Positions 39,344 through 48,735 of a DNA stretch of 64,000 nucleotides are shown piece after piece. Every line of letters starts with the position of its first letter. Position 1 is the stretch's first letter. The stretch lies in assembly GCA_963815115.1 (NCBI GenBank), contig CAWFFN010000009.1, positions 800,001-864,000 of the forward strand, written 5' to 3'. This DNA comes from an uncultured delta proteobacterium (GTDB lineage: Bacteria; Desulfobacterota; Binatia; DP-6). The position numbers were made by a program, and so were the translations under genes. A model generated the notes under the pieces. It was not told the origin of the DNA. It saw only the letters and a program-made list of their open reading frames with translations, and searched no databases.

Positions 39344-40576
39344 ATGACCGAGAACGGAATTCTCGACGGCATGCGGGTGGTCGAGGGGTCGGCGTACGTC
39401 GCCGCACCCCTCGGCGGAATGACCCTGGCTCAGCTGGGGGCCGAGGTGATCCGCTTCGACCAGATCGGCGGCGGGCTCGACTTCAAGCGCTGGCCGGTGG
39501 CCCGTGGCGGCCAGAGCCTCTTCTGGGCAGGCCTCAACAAGGGCAAGCGCTCGATCGCCGTGGACCTCCATTCCCCGCGCGGCCGGGACATCGTGACGGC
39601 GCTCATCTGTGCTCCCGGGCCCGATGCCGGCCTGATGCTCACCAATTTCCCGCTCCGCGGCTGGCTCTCCTACGAGTCGCTGGCGGCCCGCCGCCCGGAT
39701 CTGATCGTGGCCTCGATCGTGGGCAACCACGACGGTTCCTCGGCGGTCGACTACACGGTGAACCCGGCGACGGGCTTCCCGTGGGCGACCGGACCGATGA
39801 ATCTGAACGTCCCCTTCAATCACCTCCTCCCGGCCTGGGACGCGATCACCGGGACGCTGGCGGTCACCGGCCTCCTGGCCGCCGAGCGCCATCGACGGCG
39901 CTGCGGGAAGGGACAGGTCGTGCGCCTCGCGCTCTCGGACGTGGCCTTCGCCATGGTCGGGAACCTGGGCAAGATCGCCGAGGTGCAGGTCAACCGGGAG
40001 GAGCGCCCGAAGTACGGCAACTACCTCTACGGGGCGTTCGGTCGCGACTTCGCCACCCGCGACGGGAGGCGCATCATGGTCGTCGCGCTCACCAAGAGCC
40101 AGTGGGACAGCCTGTGCGCGGCGACCGAGCTGCACGACGCCCTGGCGGTGGTCGAGCGCCGGATGGGCCTCGACTTCGACCAGGAGGGCGATCGGTTCCT
40201 CGCGCGGGAGGTGATCGCGGCGATCCTGAAGCCCTGGATCATCACCCGGCCGCTGGACGAGGTGCGCGCGCGCTTCGACGCCCAGGGCGTGTGCTGGGGG
40301 CCCTACCAGACCTTCACCGAGCTGGTGACGGCCGATCCTCGCTGCTCGCCCGCGAATCCGATGTTCGCGGAGGTGGAGCAGCCCGGGATCGGGACCTACC
40401 GCATGCCGGCATCGCCGCTGGATTTCCACGCGGTGCCTCGCCTCCCGCCGCGCCGGGCCCCGGTCCTCGGCGAGCACACCGACGAGGTCCTGGCGACGGT
40501 CCTCGGGTTGCCGGAGGCCGAGATCGGCCGCCTGCACGACGACGGCGTGATCGCGGGTCCCCGGTCGGATCGATAG
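39344..40576 (+). CDS. mct: Family III CoA-transferase, mesaconyl-CoA C1-C4 transferase (2-methylfumaryl-CoA isomerase)-like
   Basis: GILDGMRVVEGSAYVAAPLGGMTLAQLGA, GGGLDFKRWP, SLFWAGLNKGKRS and VDYTVNP match the Mct subfamily as I recall it. Confidence 0.85.
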   Translation: MTENGILDGMRVVEGSAYVAAPLGGMTLAQLGAEVIRFDQIGGGLDFKRWPVARGGQSLFWAGLNKGKRSIAVDLHSPRGRDIVTALICAPGPDAGLMLTNFPLRGWLSYESLAARRPDLIVASIVGNHDGSSAVDYTVNPATGFPWATGPMNLNVPFNHLLPAWDAITGTLAVTGLLAAERHRRRCGKGQVVRLALSDVAFAMVGNLGKIAEVQVNREERPKYGNYLYGAFGRDFATRDGRRIMVVALTKSQWDSLCAATELHDALAVVERRMGLDFDQEGDRFLAREVIAAILKPWIITRPLDEVRARFDAQGVCWGPYQTFTELVTADPRCSPANPMFAEVEQPGIGTYRMPASPLDFHAVPRLPPRRAPVLGEHTDEVLATVLGLPEAEIGRLHDDGVIAGPRSDR

Positions 40577-40774
40577 CCCCTGCAGGCGGTCGTGGCCCGG
40601 ATGGCGCCGCTGGTGTCGTGCTGTCGTGCGACGGCGCGCGACACGATCTTTTCCAATGAAAACGTCAAGTATCGGGGTGAGGCGTAGCTCTGCACCGTCG
40701 CAGGGCGACGCGACGATTCCTTCCACGGCTCCACGAAATACTGCAGATTCCGCATAGTCCGCTCGTGCTCCCTG

Positions 40775-40790
40775 CGGTACGGATAGTGCA
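40775..40790 (+). promoter_or_regulatory. Sigma-54 (-24/-12) promoter of the hhySL operon
   Basis: CGGTACGGATAGTGCA with GG at 40776-77, 10-nt spacer and GC at 40788-89; about 85 nt upstream of hhyS. Confidence 0.65.
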
Positions 40791-40873
40791 GCGCGATCGA
40801 GCGCGACGCGGCGGATGACGGAAGCGGTCGGGATGGCCGTCGAGCGCCCTGCGCCGCGAAGGAGGCGACGAAC

Positions 40874-41911
40874 ATGCCGTCGGAAGAAGGACCGCTCGTC
40901 CACATCCTGTGGCTGAACTCGGGACTCGGTTGCGACGGGGATTCGGTCGCGCTCACCGCCGCGATGCAGCCCAGCATCGAGGACATCGTGCTGGGTGCCC
41001 TCCCGGGCCTGCCGCGCGTCGCGGTGCACTGGCTGCTCATCGACTACGAGGTCGGTGACGAGTTCATGCGCTGGTTCTGGAAGGCGGACCGGGGGGAGAT
41101 CGATCCCTTCGTGCTCGTCGTCGAAGGCTCGATCCCGAACGAGGCGATCAAGTCCGAGGGGTACTGGGCCGCGATGGGCAACCGCGTCGAAGGCGGTGGG
41201 CGCGACACCCAGCCCATGACCACCAGCGAGTGGCTGGATCGGCTCGCTCCGAAGGCGCTCGCCGTTCTCGCCGTCGGGACCTGCGCCACCTACGGCGGAA
41301 TCCATGCGATGTCCGGGAACCCGACCGGCGCCATGGGCGTGCCGGACCACCTGGGCTGGGGCTGGAAGTCGAAGGCCGGCATCCCGATCGTCTGCGTGCC
41401 CGGCTGCCCGATCCATCCCGACAATCTCGCCGAGACGATCCTCTATCTCCTCTACCAGGCGACCGGCGCGGCACCCATGATCCCGCTCGACGAACAGCTC
41501 CGGCCGACGTGGCTCTTCGGCGCCACCGTGCACGAGGGCTGCGACCGCGCCGGCTACTACGAGCAGGGCGAGTTCGCCACCGAGTACGGCACGCCCACGT
41601 GCATCGTGAAGCTCGGCTGCTACGGGCCCGTCGTCAAGTGCAACGTGCCGAAGCGGGGCTGGGTCGGCGGCGTCGGCGGTTGCCCGAACGTCGGTGGCAT
41701 CTGCATCGGGTGCACCATGCCGGGCTTCCCCGACAAGTTCATGCCGTTCATGGACGAGCCGCCCGGCGCCAAGGTGTCGACGCGGATGTCGGGGATGCTC
41801 GGCAGCGCGATCCGGACCCTCCGCGGCTTCACCGAGCACACGATGGACGAGGAGCCCAAGTGGCGCCGCCGTGGCTCGCAGCTCACCACCGGCTACCGGC
41901 CAACCTGGTAA
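40874..41911 (+). CDS. hhyS: Group 1h [NiFe]-hydrogenase small subunit
   Basis: HILWLNSGLGCDGDS, Fe-S ligand motifs, C-terminal LTTGYRPTW; AAGGAGG RBS; no Tat signal. Confidence 0.95.
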   Translation: MPSEEGPLVHILWLNSGLGCDGDSVALTAAMQPSIEDIVLGALPGLPRVAVHWLLIDYEVGDEFMRWFWKADRGEIDPFVLVVEGSIPNEAIKSEGYWAAMGNRVEGGGRDTQPMTTSEWLDRLAPKALAVLAVGTCATYGGIHAMSGNPTGAMGVPDHLGWGWKSKAGIPIVCVPGCPIHPDNLAETILYLLYQATGAAPMIPLDEQLRPTWLFGATVHEGCDRAGYYEQGEFATEYGTPTCIVKLGCYGPVVKCNVPKRGWVGGVGGCPNVGGICIGCTMPGFPDKFMPFMDEPPGAKVSTRMSGMLGSAIRTLRGFTEHTMDEEPKWRRRGSQLTTGYRPTW

Positions 41912-41928
41912 GGGGGAGGACCCGGAAC

Positions 41929-43716
41929 ATGACGACGGCAGTGAAGAAGTCCGACGGCCTGGTCGAGATGAACTGGGATCCGGTCACCCGGATCGTGGGC
42001 AGCCTCGGCATCTACACCAAGATCGACTTCTCGAAGAAGATCGTCGCGGAGTGCCACAGCACGTCGTCGATCTTCCGCGGGTACAGTATCTTCATGAAGG
42101 GGAAGGACCCGCGCGATTCCCATTTCATCACGAGTCGCATCTGCGGGATCTGCGGTGACAACCACGCCACCTGCTCCTGCTACTGCCAGAACATGGCCTA
42201 CGGCGTGAAGCCGCCGCATCTCGGCGAATGGATCGTCAATCTCGGCGAAGCAGCCGAGTACATGTTCGATCACAACATCTTCCAGGAGAACCTGGTCGCG
42301 GTCGACTTCTGCGAGCGCATGGTGAAGGAGACCAATCCGGGCGTGCTCGAGAAGGCGAACAAGAGCGCCGCGCCCAACGCGGACAAGCACGGCTACAAGA
42401 CGATCGGCGACATCATGCGCGCGGCGAATCCGCTCGAGGGCGAGTTCTACCGCGAGGCGCTGCAGGTGAGTCGCTGGACCCGGGAGATGTTCTGCCTGAT
42501 GGAGGGCCGGCACGTCCATCCGTCGACGCTCTATCCCGGCGGGGTCGGCACGGTCGCGACGGTGCAGCTCTTCACGGACTACCTGACGCGCCTGATGCGC
42601 TACGTCGAGTTCCTGAAGCGCTGCGTGCCGATGCACGACGACCTGTTCGACTTCTTCTACGAGGCGCTGCCGGGATACGAGGAAGTCGGCCGGCGCCGGA
42701 TCCTGCTCGGCTGCTGGGGTTCGTTCCAGGATCCCGAGGCGTGCAACTTCAAGTACGGCGACATGACCGACTGGGGCCGGAAGATGTTCGTCACGCCCGG
42801 CATAGTGGTCGACGGCAAGCTGGTCACCAACGATCTCGTCAAGATCAACCTCGGAATCCGCATCCTCCTCGGTCACTCCTACTACGAGGACTGGGAGGAC
42901 CAGGAGATGTTCGTCACCAAGGATCCCCTCGGGAACCCGGTCGACCGCCGCCATCCGTGGAACCAGCACACGATCCCGCGCCCGCAGAAACGCGACTTCG
43001 ACGGTAAGTACAGCTGGGTGATGGCACCGCGGTGGTTCGACGGCAAGGATCACCTCGCTCTCGACACGGGCGGCGGCCCCATCGCCCGCCTGTGGTCGAC
43101 GGCACTCTCGGAGCTCGTCGGCAGCAAGGACCGGCCGACCAACGGCTACGTCCAGGCGACCGGCAAGAGCGTCGTGATCAACCTGCCGAAGAGCGCGACC
43201 CGGGGGCCGGTCACGTTCGAGTGGAAGGTCCCGAAGTGGTCGAACACGATCGAGCGCGACCGCGCCCGCACCTACTTCCAGGCCTATTCCTGTGCCTGCG
43301 CGCTCTACTTCATCGAGCAGGCGCTCAAGGAGGTGCGTGCCGGGCACACCAAGACCTGGGAGCCCTTCAAGGTGCCGAGCGATGCCATCGGCTGCGGGTT
43401 CACCGAGGCGGTGCGCGGCGTCCTCTCGCACCACATGGTGATCCGGGGCGGCAAGATCGCCAACTATCACCCGTACCCGCCCACGCCGTGGAACGGGAAT
43501 CCGCGCGACATCTACGGCACGCCCGGCCCGTACGAGGACGCGGTCCAGAACACGCCGATCTTCGAGGAGAACGCTCCCGACAAGTTCAAGGGCATCGACA
43601 TCATGCGCTCCGTGCGCAGCTTCGATCCCTGCCTGCCGTGCGGCGTGCACATGTTCCTCGGCCACGGACGGGTCCTCGAGCGAATCCACTCACCATCGGC
43701 GTTGAACAATGCGTAG
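41929..43716 (+). CDS. hhyL: Group 1h [NiFe]-hydrogenase large subunit
   Basis: EMNWDPVTRIVGSLG, TSRICGICGDNH and SFDPCLPCGVH; GGAGGA RBS. Confidence 0.97.
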   Translation: MTTAVKKSDGLVEMNWDPVTRIVGSLGIYTKIDFSKKIVAECHSTSSIFRGYSIFMKGKDPRDSHFITSRICGICGDNHATCSCYCQNMAYGVKPPHLGEWIVNLGEAAEYMFDHNIFQENLVAVDFCERMVKETNPGVLEKANKSAAPNADKHGYKTIGDIMRAANPLEGEFYREALQVSRWTREMFCLMEGRHVHPSTLYPGGVGTVATVQLFTDYLTRLMRYVEFLKRCVPMHDDLFDFFYEALPGYEEVGRRRILLGCWGSFQDPEACNFKYGDMTDWGRKMFVTPGIVVDGKLVTNDLVKINLGIRILLGHSYYEDWEDQEMFVTKDPLGNPVDRRHPWNQHTIPRPQKRDFDGKYSWVMAPRWFDGKDHLALDTGGGPIARLWSTALSELVGSKDRPTNGYVQATGKSVVINLPKSATRGPVTFEWKVPKWSNTIERDRARTYFQAYSCACALYFIEQALKEVRAGHTKTWEPFKVPSDAIGCGFTEAVRGVLSHHMVIRGGKIANYHPYPPTPWNGNPRDIYGTPGPYEDAVQNTPIFEENAPDKFKGIDIMRSVRSFDPCLPCGVHMFLGHGRVLERIHSPSALNNA

Positions 43717-44647
43717 CGCCGATCAGATGGGTTCGAAGCGCGTACAGCCCGTGGTGGGAGTGGCACCCGTAGCCCCGCGGCGAAATCTTCGCGAGACCGG
43801 TGGTCGTATCGAGCGCCTTCTCGAGGAAGTGCGCTCGATGGCGAGCCCTCCCGCCTGGGGACGGGTCGAGGAGCTCCTGCGAGTCGTCCTCGATCTCTAC
43901 ACCGGCGGCTTCGAGCGCATCCTCGCCATCGTGGGAGAGGAGAGGGACGAGGAAGGCTCGACCGCCGCGCCGCTGCTCAGGCGACTCGCCGATGATCGGC
44001 TGGTGGCGAGCCTGCTCGTCCTGCACGGGCTTCACCCCGACGATCTGGCGAGCCGCGTCCAGAAGGCGCTCCTCCGCGTCCGTCCCTATCTCGGCTCGCA
44101 CGGCGGCGACGTCGAGATCGTCGAGGCCGACACGCACAGCGGCGTCGTGCGGCTGCGGATGAGGGGGAGCTGCGACGGATGTCCGTCGTCGGCCATCACC
44201 GTGAAGCTCGCGGTCGAGGGGGCGATCAGGGAGCTCGCCCCCGAGGTCTCGAGGATCGAGGTGGAGGGAGTCACCGACGGTGCCCAGGATCCGGCGCCCG
44301 CCGGCAACGGGCACGGGCCGCTCGATTCCCGCTGGGTGAGGCTGGAAGCCGGCGTTCCGTCGGAGCCCGAGCGGCTCGCGGTCCGTGACGTCGCCGGCAC
44401 CCGGCTCGTTCTCTGCCGCGTCGAGCAAGGGCTCTATGCCTATCGCGACGCCTGTCCCGGATGTGGCTCCGCGCTCGGGAAAGGGCGGCTCGTCGGCGCG
44501 GTGCTCACCTGTGCCACCTGCGAGCGCCCCTACGACGTGCGCCACGCCGGGCGATCGCTGGCGAGCGAGGACCTGCACCTCGCGCCGGTACCGCTGCTCG
44601 AGCGCGAGACGGGCGTCGAGGTCGCGCTCGGGGGGACGGCGGCGTGA
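43709..44647 (+). CDS. hhyE: NifU-like/Rieske-like Fe-S accessory protein (HhyE-like)
   Basis: LLVLHGLHP, VRPYLGSHGGDVE, GSCDGCPSS, C-terminal CPGC...CATC. Confidence 0.85.
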   Translation: MRSADQMGSKRVQPVVGVAPVAPRRNLRETGGRIERLLEEVRSMASPPAWGRVEELLRVVLDLYTGGFERILAIVGEERDEEGSTAAPLLRRLADDRLVASLLVLHGLHPDDLASRVQKALLRVRPYLGSHGGDVEIVEADTHSGVVRLRMRGSCDGCPSSAITVKLAVEGAIRELAPEVSRIEVEGVTDGAQDPAPAGNGHGPLDSRWVRLEAGVPSEPERLAVRDVAGTRLVLCRVEQGLYAYRDACPGCGSALGKGRLVGAVLTCATCERPYDVRHAGRSLASEDLHLAPVPLLERETGVEVALGGTAA

Positions 44648-45324
44648 GCGAGGACGACAGCGGCCCGGAAGAGCACGGGGCGGCAGCGGCGCCGGTCGGC
44701 GTCCTGCGCGGTTTGCTCGACAAGCAGCGCAAGGCCGTTCCCGGAGAACGGTGCGAGATGTGCGCGACGCCGATTCCGGACGAGCATGCGCACGTCGTGA
44801 ATGTCGAGAGCCGCAACCTCCTCTGCGCCTGCCGGGCCTGCTACCTCCTCTTCACCGGCGCGGGCGCCGCCCAGGGCAAGTTCCGCGCCGTACCGGACCG
44901 TTTTCTCTACGCCCCGTCGTTCGCGTTCGGCGAGGCACAGTGGGACGCGCTCCAGATCCCCGTTCGCATCGCGTTCTTCTTCTTCAATTCGTCCCTCGGC
45001 CGGGTCGTCGCGTTCTATCCGAGCCCTGCCGGCGCCACCGAGTCGCTGCTGCCGCTCGAGGCGTGGCAGGAGCTCGGGCAGTCGAACCCGCTGCTCGGGA
45101 CCCTCGCGCCCGACGTGGAGGCGCTGCTCGTCTACGGACGGCGGGACCGGGAAGGCTTCGATTGCTTCATCGTCCCGATCGACGCCTGCTACGAGCTCAC
45201 CGGCGTCGTCCGCCTGCGCTGGAAGGGATTCGACGGCGGAGAGGAGGGGTGGCGGGAGATCGAGGGCTTCTTCGACCGGCTCCGGGCGAGGAGCCGTGAG
45301 GTTCCGGACGAGCGGTCGCGATGA
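44644..45324 (+). CDS. DUF5947 family hydrogenase accessory protein (HhaA-like)
   Basis: ERCEMC, CACRAC, FYPSPAGATES, PIDACYEL and WKGFDGG motifs; GTGA overlap. Confidence 0.85.
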   Translation: MSEDDSGPEEHGAAAAPVGVLRGLLDKQRKAVPGERCEMCATPIPDEHAHVVNVESRNLLCACRACYLLFTGAGAAQGKFRAVPDRFLYAPSFAFGEAQWDALQIPVRIAFFFFNSSLGRVVAFYPSPAGATESLLPLEAWQELGQSNPLLGTLAPDVEALLVYGRRDREGFDCFIVPIDACYELTGVVRLRWKGFDGGEEGWREIEGFFDRLRARSREVPDERSR

Positions 45325-45962
45325 GCGAGCTCGCCTTCGCGATCCTCGGCGCCCGCCCCGAGCCGTACGCGGCGGTTCCCACGATGGTGTTCCGCCTGCG
45401 CGTGGATGCGAGCGGCGGCGAGACCATCCACACGCTCGCGCTGCGCTGCCAGATCCGGATCGAGCCGCAGCGCCGCCGCTACGCCGCGGACGAGGAGGCG
45501 TCGCTCGAGGAGCTGTTCGGCACCGCCGCGCGCTGGGGCGACACGCTGAAGCCGTTCCTCTGGACCCATGTCTCCACCATGGCGCCCGGCTTCACCGGGA
45601 AGGGAGAGGTCGACCTCGCGGTGCCCTGTACCTACGACTTCGAGGTCGCCGCCGCGAAGTACCTGCACTCCCTCGAGGACGGCGAGATCCCGCTGGTCTT
45701 CCTCTTCAGCGGCACCGTCTTCGCGAAGGGCGAGGAGGGCTTGCGGGTGACGCAGGTGCCGTGGGATCGTGAGGCGCGTTACCGTCTGCCCGTCGCGACC
45801 TGGCGCGAGCTCATGGACCGCTACTATCCGAACGCCGGATGGCTCCGGCTACGCCGGGACACCCTCGACGCGCTGCTGAGCCTGAAGGCGCGGCGCGCGC
45901 TGGCCACCTTCGACGAGGTCATCGATGCGCTCCTCGCCGAGGCTGGGGAGCACGCGGCGTGA
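45321..45962 (+). CDS. DUF6084 family hydrogenase accessory protein (HhaB-like)
   Basis: LRCQIRIEPQRRRY, PCTYDFEVAAAKY and FSGTVF motifs. Confidence 0.85.
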   Translation: MSELAFAILGARPEPYAAVPTMVFRLRVDASGGETIHTLALRCQIRIEPQRRRYAADEEASLEELFGTAARWGDTLKPFLWTHVSTMAPGFTGKGEVDLAVPCTYDFEVAAAKYLHSLEDGEIPLVFLFSGTVFAKGEEGLRVTQVPWDREARYRLPVATWRELMDRYYPNAGWLRLRRDTLDALLSLKARRALATFDEVIDALLAEAGEHAA

Positions 45963-47315
45963 CGTTCGAGCACGCCCGGAAGATCGCCGACGCGGTGCTG
46001 TACGAAGGCTACGTCCTCTACCCGTATCGCGCCTCGGCGCGAAAGAACCGGTTGCGCTGGCAGTTCGGCGTGCTCGCGCCACGTAGCTGGTCCGAGGCAG
46101 GCGGGGGCGAGGCCTGGTGGATGCAGACCGCCTGCCTGGTCGAGCCCCGCGCGGAAGCGCGCCTCACCGGCAGGATCCGCTTCCTCCACGTCCTCGCGCG
46201 CACCGTGGAAGAGCTCTCGGATCCCGGCAGCGAGACCTTCCGGCCCGTCGACTCGCTCGACGTCGGCGGACGTCTCTGGACTTCATGGGAGGAGGGCGTC
46301 GAGCGCGAGGTCGACTTCGACGAGGCCTTGCCGCTCGAGGGCAGCGGCGCCGAGCGGCTCGTCCGCTTCTCCTTCCCCGACGATCGCCGGGTGGAGTCCA
46401 TCCGCGACGAGCAGGACCGGCTCGCCGGCCGCCTCGTGCGGACGCAGCGTCCGATCGCGGGCGCGATCCGCGTGTCGGTCGACCGCGTGGCGGGATCACG
46501 CCCGCTCCTCGCGGTGCGCGTCCGGGTCGAGAACCTCACCCCGATCGACACGCCGGGAGCGCCGCGGGAGCAGGCGCTCGGAGCGTTTCTCGTCGGGACC
46601 CACACGCTGCTCGCGGTCCAGGGCGGCGAGTTCGTGTCGTTGCTCGATCATGCGCCGTGGGCGGATGCCGCGGCCGCGGCGTGCGAGAACGTGCGGACGT
46701 GGCCCGTCCTCGTCGGGCCGGAGGGATCGCGCGACGTGATGCTCTCCTCGCCGATCATCCTGCAGGACCATCCCGAGATCGCGCCCGAGAGCGCGGGAGA
46801 TCTCTTCGACGCCACGGAGATCGACGAGATACTGACCTTGAGGACGATGACGCTCACGGAGGAGGAGAAGCGCGAAGCCCGCGCCACCGACCCGCGGGCG
46901 GCCGAGATCATCGATCGCGTCGAGACCATGCCCGCGGAGCTGCTCGAGCGCCTCCACGGCGCCGTCCGCTCGGTGCGCCCGGTGACCGCGCCGGCGGCGG
47001 AGACCGCCCCGTGGTGGGACCCCGGGGTCGACGCGTCGGTCTCGCCGGAGACGGACCGGATCGAGGTGGCGGGCGTCGCCGTGGCACGCGGAAGCCGCGT
47101 GCGGCTCTGTCCCGGCGCGCGGCGCTCGGACGCGCAGGACATGTTCCTCGCCGGCCGGGTGGCCCGGGTCGAGGGCGTCTTCCTCGACGTCGAGGACAAG
47201 CGCTATCTCGCGGTGACGCTCGAGGAGGATCCCGGCGGCCGAGCTGCACCAGTGGCACGGGCGATATCTGTACTTCGCCCCCGACGAGGTCGAGCCCCTG
47301 GAGTCGCGGCCATGA
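45959..47315 (+). CDS. Conserved hydrogenase-cluster protein (HhaC-like), with an apparent +1 frameshift near 47231
   Basis: ADAVLYEGYVLYPY and DATEIDEILTLRTMTLT; removing one C at 47231-47233 gives EEDPAAELHQWHGRYLYFAPDEVEPL and a stop overlapping the next ATG. Confidence 0.8.
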
Positions 47316-47845
47316 GCCGCCGCGTCCTGGTGGCCGGGGTCGGGAACGTCTTCCTCGGGGACGACGGCTTCGGCGTCGAGGTCGCCAGGCGGCTGGCCGG
47401 GGACGCCTTCCCGCCGGGAGTCCAGGTGGCGGACTTCGGGATTCGCGGCGTCCACCTCGCCTACGAGCTGCTCCAGGGCTACGACACGCTGATCCTCGTC
47501 GATGCCGCTCCGCGCGGCGAGACGGCGGGGACGGTCTTCGTCCTCGAGCCCGACTTCGAGCATGCCGACAGCCTGGAGCGTGGCGCGAGCGGCTTCGTGC
47601 TCGATGCCCACGGCATGGATCCGGAGATGGTCCTCGGCATCCTCGCCGACCTGGGCGGCAAGCGGCCGCGGGTAGTGATAGTCGGTTGCGAGCCGGCGGA
47701 GGTGAGGGAGCACATGGGGTTGTCCGCGCCCGTTGCGCGCGCGGTCGACGACGCGGTACGGGTGGTGCGCGAGCTGGTCGAGCAGGAGTGCGGGCACGAG
47801 CCCGCCGGGCGTGAGACGACGAGCGAAACGGAGGTGGAAAAATGA
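47312..47845 (+). CDS. hupD: Hydrogenase maturation endopeptidase (HupD/HyaD family)
   Basis: LVAGVGNVFLGDDGFG, LVDA, DAHGM and VGCEP motifs. Confidence 0.9.
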   Translation: MSRRVLVAGVGNVFLGDDGFGVEVARRLAGDAFPPGVQVADFGIRGVHLAYELLQGYDTLILVDAAPRGETAGTVFVLEPDFEHADSLERGASGFVLDAHGMDPEMVLGILADLGGKRPRVVIVGCEPAEVREHMGLSAPVARAVDDAVRVVRELVEQECGHEPAGRETTSETEVEK

Positions 47846-47946
47846 TCGGTCGCATACTGGGCACGGCAATCTTCCTCGGCGTGGCGTACGTGGTGGTGAC
47901 GTCGCTTCCGGACGTCGCGCGGTACTTGAAGATCCGCGACATGTGA
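47842..47946 (+). CDS. 34-aa single-TM small protein (DUF6893-like)
   Basis: MIGRILGTAIFLGVAYVVVTSLPDVARYLKIRDM; GGAGG RBS, ATGA overlap with the protease, stop abuts the next ATG. Confidence 0.75.
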   Translation: MIGRILGTAIFLGVAYVVVTSLPDVARYLKIRDM

Positions 47947-48460
47947 ATGGCCCGATACCGCATCGTGCCGGAACGGTCGCGGATCGAGGCGGAGGCGCGC
48001 TCGAGCCTCCACCCGATCCGCGTCGAGACCGCCGGCCTCGAGGGCTACTTCGAGGCCGAGGTGGCCGGCGATCGCTTCGATCCATCGGTGGTGCCGAGCG
48101 GGCGCGTGGAGATCGACGCCGAGCGGTTGAAGACGGGCAACGGACTCTACGATCGCGAGCTCGAGCGCCGGCTCGAGACGCGGAAATACCCGCGTATCCG
48201 TGGCGAGGTCAGAGGGATGCGCGAGGTCGATTCCGGGCGCCGCTATGTCGTGCGCGGCGATCTCACCTTTCACGGGGTGACGCATCCCGTGGAGGGTGAA
48301 GTGGGGCTGCGGAGCCTGGACGAGCGGACCGTCGAGATCGAGGGCCAGCAGGTCATCGACATGCGGAACTTCGGGCTCGAGCCGCCGCGACTTCTGATGC
48401 TGAAGGTGGAGCCGGAGGTCCGGGTGCGCGGGTCGCGTGGTGGCCCAGCGCGAGGGGTGA
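47947..48460 (+). CDS. YceI family (polyisoprenoid-binding) protein, with an apparent +1 frameshift near 48430
   Basis: [28 protein letters not shown] and IDMRNFGL; removing one G at 48430-48432 gives [12 protein letters not shown]-stop at 48460. Confidence 0.8.
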
Positions 48461-48465
48461 CGGCG

Positions 48466-48735
48466 ATGTGCCTCGGCATTCCCGGCGAGATCGTCGACGT
48501 CCGCCAGGACGACGGCCTCAGGGTCGGGCGCGTTCGCTTCGCGGGCATCACCCGGGACGTCTGCCTCGACTACGTGCCGGATGCCACGGTCGGGGAGTAC
48601 GTGCTCGTGCACGTCGGCTTCGCCATCTCGCGGATCGATCGCGAGGAGGCGGCGCGCGCCTACCGCGTGCTCGAGGAGATCGGGCAGACCGCGGAGCTGA
48701 CGGCGGACCGAGGGCCGCTGGACGAGCCGCCGTGA
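48466..48735 (+). CDS. hypC: Hydrogenase maturation chaperone HypC, copy 1
   Basis: MCLGIPG and [10 protein letters not shown]; own GAGGGG RBS. Confidence 0.93.
   Translation: MCLGIPGEIVDVRQDDGLRVGRVRFAGITRDVCLDYVPDATVGEYVLVHVGFAISRIDREEAARAYRVLEEIGQTAELTADRGPLDEPP

Noticed and set aside
35342-43716. Duplicate hhySL as an assembly artefact or a recent inverted duplication
   Set aside because: The copies differ throughout in amino acids, indels and termini, so they are genuine older paralogs
45839-47845. Apparent 668-aa fusion of the HhaC-like protein with the maturation protease
   Set aside because: The plausible C-terminus (HGRYLYFAPDEVEPL) and a stop overlapping the protease ATG lie in the shifted frame; one extra base explains it
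47947-48735. Apparent YceI-HypC fusion
   Set aside because: HypC needs a free N-terminal Cys and has its own RBS; removing one G gives a clean YceI stop at 48460
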